Assembly (NCBI GenBank): GCA_951406725.2
Contig: OX597820.1
Span: forward strand, 57,660,001-57,724,000
Source: Octopus vulgaris
Taxonomy: Eukaryota
Direction of reading: 5' to 3'
Length of the DNA stretch: 64,000 nucleotides
The notes beneath the pieces are model-generated. The model saw nothing but the letters and a program-made list of their open reading frames with translations, did not search any database and was not told where the DNA came from. A program made the translations under genes and the position numbers. Below, piece after piece: positions 55,083 to 64,000 of the stretch (within the stretch, counting starts at the first letter, position 1; each line of letters starts with the position of its first letter).

Positions 55083-55530
55083 TTTTATCTTTTACTTGCT
55101 TCAGTCATTGGACTGCGGCCATATTTAGTATTTCTAAAAGTCTGGTACTTACTTTCCAGTTTCTTTTGCCGAATGGCTAGGTCACGATGACGTATGGCTA
55201 GGTCACGATGACGTATGGCTAGGTCATGATGACGTAAACAAACGCGGTAAGGTATTGGTGATGCGGGCAAACAGACAGAAACACACACAAACAGAGAGAA
55301 ACACATACACACACACGCACACACAGAGACACACACACAGACACACACTCACTCACAAAGTTGTCTGTCAAATTCATTCACGTATAGTTTCTATCTATCA
55401 AATTCATTCACAAGCTTTAGTCGGCCCAGGGTCATAGTTAGAAGACATTAGCCCAAAGTGCCGCTCTGTCGGACTGAACCCGAAACTTCGTGGCTTCAAA
55501 GCGAGACATCTCCACACCTATATACAGCTA
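55083..55530 (-). mobile_element. SINE family A with internal 21-bp triplication
   Basis: atggctaggtcacgatgacgt x3 at 55173-55235. Confidence 0.8.
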
Positions 55531-56021
55531 TGCTTAATAAAACCAGCGGAATGTTTCTGCCAAACTTCTAAAATGCAAATAAAGACAGAACAGACAATCT
55601 AAGACAGAGAAGAGACGCTGTGCATAATAGAAGGAAATCGGTTGCCCATCACACGTTAATACAAGATTAAAATAATGAAAGAAAACTTCTACATCAAACT
55701 AACGAGATATACCCGGACATTACAACCATATTATAACTAGATTAGAGCTAGTGATTGGAGGTCGTGGTTATGTAACTATCAGCCTCAACACTAATCTTAT
55801 GAAGTTGAATAGAGAAAAGAAACGTATATACGGTGTTGGTGTGTTTACGTCCCCGTAGGCCAGCCGTTCGGCGAAAGAGACCGAGAGAATAAGCACTAGA
55901 ATTACAAAGAATTAAGTCTTGGGGTTGATTTGTTCGATTAGAACCCTTCATGACGGTACTCCAGCATGGATGCCGTCAAATGACTGAAACAAGCAAAAAA
56001 ATTAAAGAATACACGCAGGCA

Positions 56022-56059
<38 letters not shown>

Positions 56060-56415
56060 AATATATATATGTAATAAATACATTATACTGCGTTTGTAAC
56101 ACAGAAAACACGCATATAACCCTTCCCGGCTGTCCTGTCCTAAGCACACACTCATACAGACACACAGGGACATACTTATACAATAAATACCTTCAATTAC
56201 ATTTGGTAAAGCAAACATACTCAATATCTGTACGCAAGCGCACATATTTACACACACGCACACACACACACACACACACATACACATTGCTATATACAAG
56301 TGTGTATGTGTGTGTGTGTGTATGTAAATTGTGTATATAATTGTGCTTGCATGAATGTGTTTATGTACCAGCCTATTGCTCCCTCCTCCTCTCTGTCACT
56401 CTCTCTTTCACACAA

Positions 56416-56452
<37 letters not shown>

Positions 56453-56657
56453 CTCAGCTGATCAGAAGACTCCAAACAATGTACTAATTCATAGACCTAG
56501 TTCACAGTCTATATACAACGAGACCAACCTATCTTAATGGCCATTAAGTAAAGCAAGACAGAAAGAACAGTGTGTCAATTGTAGTAATTTTAGAAGAAGG
56601 AAGAAAAGAAAGGACATTGTCTGTTTCCTTATTCACTACTACAATAAAGAAGGGGAC

Positions 56658-57172
56658 AGAAGAAGAAGAAGAAGAAGAAGAAGAAGAAGAAGAAGAAGAA
56701 GAAGAAGAAGAAGAAGAAGGTGAAGAGGAAGGAGAAGAAGAAGAAGGTGAAGAGGAAGGAGAAGAAGAAGAAGAAGAAGAAGAAGAAGAAGGTGAAGAGG
56801 AAGGAGAAGAAGAAGAAGGTGAAGAGGAAGGAGAAGAAGAAGAAGGTGAAGAGGAAGAAGAAGAAGAAGAAGAAGGTGAAGAGGAAGAAGAAGAAGAAGG
56901 CGAAGAGGAAGAAGAAGAAGAAGGTGAAGAGGAAGAAGAAGAAGAAGAAGAAGAAGGTGAGTGAAGAGGAAGAAGAAGGTGAAGAGGAAGGAGAAGAAGA
57001 AGGTGAAGAGGAAGGAGAAGAAGAAGAAGGTGAAGCGGAAGAAGAAGAAGAAGAAGGTGAAGAGGAAGAAGAAGAAGAAGAAGAAGAAGAAGGTGAAGAG
57101 GAAGAAGAAGAAGAAGAAGAAGAAGAAGAAGAAGAAGAAGAAGAAGAAGAAGAAGAAGAAGAAGAAGAAGAA

Positions 57173-57204
<32 letters not shown>

Positions 57205-57950
57205 AGAAGAAGGTGAAGAGGAAGAAGAAGAAGAAGAAGAAGAAGAAGGTGAAGGAGAGGAAGAAGAAGGAGAAGAATAAGGAGAAGAAGAAGAAGAAGG
57301 AGAAGGAGAGGAAGAAGAAGGAGAAGAATAAGGAGAAGAAGAAGAAGAAGGAGAAGGAGAGGAAGAAGAAGGAGAAGAATAAGGAGAAGAAGAAGAAGAA
57401 GAAGAAGAAGAAGAAGAAGGTGGTGAAGAGGAAGAAGAAGGTGAAGAGGAAGGAGAAGAAGGTGAAGAGGAAGGAGAAGAAGAAGAAGGTGAAGAGGAAG
57501 AAGAAGAAGAAGAAGGTGAAGAGGAAGAAGAAGAAGAAGGTGAAGAGGAAGAAGAAGAAGAAGAAGAAGGTGAAGAGGAAGAAGAAGAAGAAGGTGAAGA
57601 GGAAGAAGAAGAAGAAGAAGAAGAAGAAGAAGAAGAAGAAGAAGGAGAAGGAGAGGAAGAAGAAGGAGAAGAATAAGGAGAAGAAGAAGAAGAAGGAGAA
57701 GGAGAGGAAGAAGAAGGAGAAGAATAAGGAGAAGAAGAAGAAGAAGAAGAAGAAGGTGGTGAAGAGGAAGAAGAAGAATAAGGTGAAGAGGAAGAAGAAG
57801 GTGAAGGGGGAGGAAGAAGAAAAAGGAAAAGAAAAGGAGAAGAAGAAGAAGATGGAGGAGGAAGAGGAGGAGATGATGATGAAGAAGAAGTAGAAGAAGA
57901 AGAAGAAGAAGGAAAAGAAGAAGAAGAAGAAGGAGATGGAGGAGGTGGTG
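56658..57950. repeat. 1.3-kb (GAA)n-based polypurine compound satellite
   Basis: GAA runs interrupted by recurring GGTGAAGAG and GGAGAAGAATAAGGA modules. Confidence 0.97.
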
Positions 57951-58330
57951 TAAACAAAAGTGACTTTGTTTACTATGAAACTTTATCCGAATTGAATAAT
58001 GATAATGATGATAATGATGGTTTTGTGGGTAGCGGGGATCAGTCAATTAAATGGACATTAATAATTGACTAGTACAGGAGATCTCAACCAGGGTCTATAT
58101 GGGCCCTGGGGACCACTCAAGAAAATAGTAAATTAAGGGATCCACAATAGTATTTTAAAAGTCCCTGAAAAACATTTTGCTTTAGATCAGTGGTTCTCAA
58201 ACATTTTGGACCACAGCCCCCAAAATACCATCAGCGCCCCCACCCTTATTTTTACGTATAAATAAATATTTTATATTTTAATAATTTATACATACTATGA
58301 ATCATTTGATATTTAATACATTATGGGATT

Positions 58331-58555
58331 TAAGGCGGCGAGCTGGCAGAAGCGTTAGCATGCCGGGCGAAAGGCTTAGCGGCATTTCGTCTGCCGTTAG
58401 GTTCTGAGTTCAAATTCCACCGAGGTCGACTCTGCCTTTCATCCTTTCTGGGTCGATTAAATAAGTACCAGTTAAGCACTGGGGTCGATGTAATCGATTT
58501 AATCCCTTGTTTATGCCCTCTATATTTAGCCCCTTGTGGGCAATAAATAAATAAA
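58331..58555 (+). mobile_element. SINE B inside the inner hAT MITE
   Basis: Full head, core and tail. Confidence 0.9.
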
Positions 58556-58672
58556 ATATTATAAGAGATAATGGTGTCATTGAGACCCCTTGCATCTATT
58601 TTCTTTCCTCCACCTCACTCTCTATTTTGTATCACATCTAAACTAACTATAACTTAACTATCCTCTCACACC

Positions 58673-58724
58673 GTCTCCGATGAAGGTATATAATTAATAA
58701 ATATCCTAGAAACAGCTGTAAGAC
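58673..58724 (+). ncRNA. Minimal hammerhead ribozyme with one core substitution (CCGATGA)
   Basis: Stem I gtct/agac; stem II agg-t-atat/atatcct; GAAA; C-[AGCT]-G; GUA triplet. Confidence 0.65.
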
Positions 58725-59359
58725 CTTCTATCAATAAATGCTCTAAAATCTACACAGCCTTGGGTTTTTTTTTATCTTATTACGCAAAAAATTCTTAAAT
58801 AAATTATATAATTTGCATACAATACTATAATAATATCATAAATTCATAGCATCCCCAGATCCACTGCCTTCTTTCCAATGCCTCCTCTTTCTGTACCGCC
58901 CCCACCCACAAATACACGGCCCTCTTAGACACCAGCGACCACCTAGACCCTCTCAACGCCCAGCGTGGGGCGGTAACGCCCACTTTGAGAACCAATGCTT
59001 TAGATGTATGTATTGCAAGAAACAGCCAAGTTTTTTCTCTAACATTTTACATAGTTCAACCTACACAAATTCATGTGTGTAAAACAAAATAGGAATTTTG
59101 AAAGAAGTCTCTATAAAACTATGGCGTCCACCAGAATAAAATAGTGATCAAAGGGGTCGATAGGTTAAAAAATTGTTGAGAACCCCTGGACTAGTATATA
59201 TATTTTAGTGATCCCAGAATGATGAAGAACAACGTCGATCTCGGTGTGATTTGAACACAGAACGTTAAAGGAGGAAGTTGACGCAAGACAAGCAGATGAG
59301 GGTGCATTGTAGGACGTATGCAAAAACACTGAGGATTAAAGTGTGTCTTGTATCTTTAT

Positions 59360-59975
59360 TTTTTGTTTCAGACATTAGACTGTGGCCATGCTGGATCACC
59401 GCTCTGAAGAATTTAAGTCGAATGAATCGATCCCAGTACTTTTTTTTTAAAGTCTGGTACTTATTCTAGCAATATCTTTTGTCGAATCGCTGCGTTATGG
59501 CTATGAAAGCACACCAACTCAGAGTTGTCAAGCGGTTATGGAGGACAAAGACACACACACACATAGATATATACGACGGGCTTCTTTCAGTTTCTTATTT
59601 CTTTATTGCCCACAAGAGACTACACACAGAGGGGACAAACAAGGATAGCCAAACGGATTAAGTCGATTATATCGACCCCAGTGCGTAACTGGTACTTATT
59701 TAATCGACCCTGAAAGGATGAAAGGCAAAGTCGACCTCGGCGGAATTTGAACTCAGAACGTAACGGCAGACGAAATACCGCTAAGCATTTCGCCCGGCGT
59801 GCTAACGTTTCTGCCAGCTCGCCGCCTTTGGCTTCTTTCAGTTTCTGTCTACCAAATCCACTCACAAGGCTTTGGTCGGCCCGAGGTTATAGCAAAATAA
59901 ACTTCCCACCACAGAGCAGAATTGAACTCGGAATCTTGTGGTTGGGAAGCTTCTTACTAGACAGCCACGCCTGCG
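59360..59975 (-). mobile_element. SINE family A split by a SINE B insertion
   Basis: Family A tail 59360-59595, head 59830-59975. Confidence 0.82.
59596..59829 (-). mobile_element. Young full-length SINE B with 17-bp TSD
   Basis: ggcttctttcagtttct at 59579-59595 and 59830-59846. Confidence 0.92.
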
Positions 59976-60117
59976 CGGGGATAAGTATATCATGAGATCC
60001 CATATAAGGGTCAAACCTAATAACGCTGACTACCAAAAGAAAAAGAAGTTCCATCTCTCTGTTGTTGCTTCTCATCAACAGTTGCAGATTCGCTTTATGA
60101 TTATTCAGCCACTCTGT

Positions 60118-60435
60118 GAAGACGTGTCTTAGTGGTTAGGACATTCGGTTCGTAATCATAAGATCGTGGGTTCGATTCTTAGCGATGCGTTGTGATCTCG
60201 AGCAAGAGAATTTATTTCTCGTTGCTCCAGTCAACTTAGCTGGCAAATATAAGTGCCTGTATTTCAAAGGGTCAGCCTTATCACTTTCTGTGTCACGCTT
60301 AATCTGTCTGAGAACTACATTAAGGGTTCGATTGTGGAGTGAGTGCTAAGCTACTTGCACGGTAATTTCTCAAGCAGGCTGTTCCGTTGATTGGATCAAC
60401 TGGAACTCGCGTCGTTGTAGCCGACACAGTGCCAG
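60118..60435 (+). mobile_element. SINE family C variant
   Basis: gaagacgtgtcttagtggttagg..gggttcgattc head; tail ..gctgttccgttgattggatcaactggaac. Confidence 0.78.
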
Positions 60436-61711
60436 TTATTCAGCCACTCTAAACTCACCCACCCTCATTTCAGCAAATTTAAATTTAACAGCAACTTCCG
60501 TTTTGACCTTCTTCTTCCTCTTCAAGTTGTAGTTGCAAATATTGATGAGACCTTTGTCACAGAAGAAATTCTATGCTTTCAGTCCATTTATTGCATCTAC
60601 CACAGAATCAACTTTGTCTCAAGGTAGAACCAAACTAGCTCTCTTTTCTTGTAAAAGGAAAGTCATAGCAGATTTTCATGATGAAATCAGCTAACTACCG
60701 GATCTGCATAAGCAGGATAGTTGTTTCTGACAAAAGCACAAGAGCTGAAATTTGGGGGTCACTCGATTATAATAACCTAAGCATTGCTAATTAACAGCTA
60801 TCACAATTTCTCTCTCTCACTAGGACCAGTGTCTCGCCTTTTCTCTGAGTCCCCGTCTCCTGATGAAGTCGTAGTGTTGCGCCTTAAACCTGGCAGAATC
60901 CATTCCTCTTCAATTCTGATTACAATCGATTTCTTTCTGAGAGAAAGAAGAATTGATCCACTAGTACTTAACTAGTACGTTATTTATCGATTCTCAAGGA
61001 ATGAAAGGCAAAGTTGCCCCGGGTGGAATTTGAACTCAGATTGTAGACACTCAAAACAAATATAACAAGAGAATCTATACGACGATCTAACCACTCAGCT
61101 AATTCACTACCTTGAAAGCGAGTTAAGTTTTTCTATTAAGAGAAACGAAGTTGCTGTTATATATTGTAAGCTTTTAATGATTTTTTTCAGCGGTTACATC
61201 ACAAAGCCAAGTTAAGATGATAAAGAGAACGAAATGTTAAAGTATTGAGAAAAGATAAAAAGAGAAATAAAAAAAGAAAAAAGATGTAGCACTTAATTTT
61301 ACTTTTGTCCATTCTAGTTACGAGTTCAAATCCCACTGGAGTTGACTTTACATATTATCCCTCCAATATTCTGTAATGTAAGCAGCAGACACAAACTCAA
61401 AGCGAATCAGTCTTATACAATAATTGGATTTGTTCTTATTTTAGAAAGTTAAAAACGGACACTAACGAAACGTCAAAATGATGCACACAGTGCTGTCATT
61501 GGATTATCTTCCAGTTCTATTTATATGATAAACGTATATTGAGTGACTAATCTCCGTCTTTAGATTCCTGTAAAGAAAGACTACATACGTTAAAGGGAAA
61601 TGCGTTTATTGTCAGTATTCTATAAAACAAAAGGAATCTCAGGTCATAGAGAAGTAAAGTAGTAAAAGAAAATAGAACTACGATCATTCATAATACAACA
61701 GAACAAGACAA

Positions 61712-62300
61712 TGAGTTGGCGGAGTCGCTACTGCGCCGGACAAAATACTTAGCGGCGTCTCTTCTGGCTTTTATGTTTAGAGGTCAAGTTCTGCCTAAGG
61801 TCAACTTTACCTTTCATCCTTCTGGGGTCGATAGAATAAGAACCAGTTGATGTAATCGACTGTCCCCCGCCCAAATTTCAGGCCTTGTGCCTATAATAGA
61901 AAGGATTATTATCATTATTATTATTATTAGTAGTAGTAGTAGTAGTAGTAGGAGGAGGAGGAGGAGGAGGAGTAATAGTATTAGTAGTACTGAAAATGGC
62001 GTACTGGAAGAATCGTTAGGATATCAGGCAAGATGCTTAGCAGCATTTTGTCCGTACTTACGTTCTGAGTTCAAATTCCGTCGAAGTTGACTTTGCTTTT
62101 CATCCTTTCAGTGTTGATAAAATAAGTACTAGATGAACGCTAGGACCCTCTCCACTCAAATTTTAGGCCTTGTTTCTACGGCTGAAAGGATTACTATTAT
62201 TGAAAATGGCGACCTAGCAAAATCGTTAAGCAGGTCGGATAAAATGCTTAGCAGCATCTCTTCCGGCTTTTTTTTTGCTCAGAGTTCAAATTCTGCCTAG
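61712..62300 (+). mobile_element. Three older SINE B copies in tandem with (TTA)-type tails
   Basis: Diverged Meta-like cores; tails ..gaaaggattattatc / gaaaggattactatt. Confidence 0.75.
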
Positions 62301-62630
62301 GTTGTGTTTATGGGTGCAAAGATATAATTGGTTCTTACCCAAATATATCGTTGCACCCATAAACACATTTTTTCAGATCTGCCACTACCTACCTACCTTA
62401 CGAATCCTCACAAAAGAAAAAAGAGAGACACAAAGAAAAAAGGAAGACTATGGAAATATTTACAAAACGTTTCATTGAATTTTTTCTTCAATCTGTTTTT
62501 CTTCTTAATTCACCTTTGTTTTACTCTTAGTTGAAAAGTTGAAAAGACAGAAACCGGCACTCACCATTACAAATGTATTTCATGATAAAAATATTTTAGC
62601 ATTTTCTACCTTGACGTAGATACACATGCA

Positions 62631-62661
<31 letters not shown>

Positions 62662-62693
62662 CATACATACATACATACATACATACATACATA

Positions 62694-62877
62694 CGAGCTG
62701 GTGCTGAAAAGTTCCTGGCTTTGGTTAAAAGAAGATACAGGAGGATCAGTTAATTATGATTTTATTCAACATATTCTCCTCTCAGATTCATACAGTTATT
62801 ATCGAGGTCCTGCAGCTTTTCTAAGCCCCGTAAAAGAACTTGGAATGTTGGTCCCCCAACTTTCCAGCACCCCCTTG
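62694..62877. mobile_element. Mariner-type MITE, TA target duplication
   Basis: cgagctggtgctgaaaagtt / aactttccagcacccccttg imperfect TIRs flanked by TA. Confidence 0.75.
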
Positions 62878-62974
62878 TACTTTCATACACTTATTTATCT
62901 CGGATGCGATGGCTTGCAGTTACTCTTCTGACTCTTTGAGTTCTGCCAGTTATGCACGCGATGACATTAAATTA

Positions 62975-63187
62975 AGTATCTCTGTCTTTGTCTTATCGTC
63001 CAAACCGCTTGACAATCGGTGTTGGCTTGTTTACGTCCCCGTAACTTAGCAGTTCGGTAAGAGAAACCGATAGAATATAATAATAATAATAATAAATACT
63101 GGAGTCAATTCATTCGACTTGAATCCTTCGAGTCAGTGCCCCAGCATGGCCGCAGTCCAATGACTGAAACAAGTAAAAATAAAAGAT
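62975..63187 (+). mobile_element. SINE family A 3' half
   Basis: gcttgacaatcggtgttgg..cagcatggccgcagtccaatgactgaaacaagtaaaa. Confidence 0.82.
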
Positions 63188-64000
63188 AATAAAAACATTA
63201 AATCGTGAAGATGGTTCAAGATACAATGAGACCATTAGAGAATGGTACTTGATAAGTTTTTCTTGTCCACACCCACTATAAGAAATCTAAAGGGCGCGCC
63301 CTTCTGGCTGGAATCCATATTTATAGAGAGGTACAGTTTATTACTGTATGTAGTAGTTACAATGGATGATTAACATGTGCACCCTTATTTTATTGTAATG
63401 AATTGAAATTATGAAGATTTATCCTCCGTCGGCTTCGACGATGAGTAATCACTTGTTCGATCCACTGAACTACCTGTTAACTTTACGTGATAATGGCTGA
63501 GTATCCCTGAGACAATTATATATTTAACGCAATTCTTATACGGATTTAGTATGTGGCAACATGAGAAAAAGAGGGACCTTTGAATAAGCGATGTAATCCT
63601 GTTAGGTGACTAATTGGCTAAGTGTCTAGAATGTTGGATAGAATGCTTCGCTGTATATGTTGGAACTCTTTGTTTTGAGTCCAAATCCTGAAGGAGTCAA
63701 CTTTGTTTTTCATATTTTTGAGGTCTAGAAAAATGTACTCATCCATGACAACGGATTACCAAAATTGATAGATGGTCGGGTGAGATGGCTTGCAGTTACT
63801 GTTCTGACTCTTTGAGTTCTGACAGTTATGCTCGCGATGACATTAGGATCAAGCTGCATCGACCAAAGTCGGTAATCTTTCCTTTTAATAAACATCGGTG
63901 ACATAGAGAGAGAGGAGACTTACATGCGCAGGTAACTGCTAGTTTTTTCTTTAAAAATCTTACCAAGGCCTGCATACACATGTGCGAATGCAAGGTCAAC

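Larger units (their letters stand above)
58188..58997 (+). mobile_element. hAT MITE (inner), TSD CTTTAGAT
   Basis: TIR cagtggttctcaaa / tttgagaaccaatg; ctttagat at 58180-58187 and 58998-59005. Confidence 0.92.
58075..59188 (+). mobile_element. hAT MITE (outer), TSD GACTAGTA, inserted in an old minus-strand SINE B
   Basis: TIR caggagatctcaac / gttgagaacccctg; gactagta at 58067-58074 and 59189-59196. Confidence 0.88.

Noticed and set aside
56544-58046. 500-aa, 442-aa, 310-aa poly-L/S/K/E ORFs
   Set aside because: Products of the GAA satellite; the Glu frame has a frameshift and TAA stops
60855-60900. Possible hammerhead (ctgatga-agtcgta..tgcgcct-taaac)
   Set aside because: GAAA replaced by TAAA and no convincing cleavage triplet or stem I

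Overview
AT-rich, microsatellite-saturated animal DNA with no host protein-coding exon that I could recognise. The SINE repertoire and microsatellite load look like a coleoid cephalopod (Octopus-like); this is inferred, not proven. Nearly all ORFs in the track are translations of (TA)n, (CA)n, (TACA)n, (GA)n or (GAA)n repeats. The real content is transposon debris: four tRNA-derived SINE families (dozens of copies), decayed RTE and R4/Dong-like LINEs, a Penelope-like element (RT C-terminus plus GIY-YIG), mariner/Tc1 transposase relics, and Tc1/mariner and hAT MITEs. The most notable signals are: (1) an intact minimal hammerhead ribozyme in a 430-bp tandem unit (19263-19346), plus a second one-mismatch hammerhead (58673-58724); (2) a Meta-domain SINE whose 3' tail is almost always followed by GGTATT or AGAAAC, hexamers that also lie in its own head, which may explain its head-to-tail self-insertion arrays; (3) several long fold-back hairpins; (4) a four-level nested insertion; (5) a MITE carrying a near-consensus CTCF motif; (6) a GC-rich RTE fragment that is a horizontal-transfer candidate. 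There is a 100-N assembly gap at 51209-51308.
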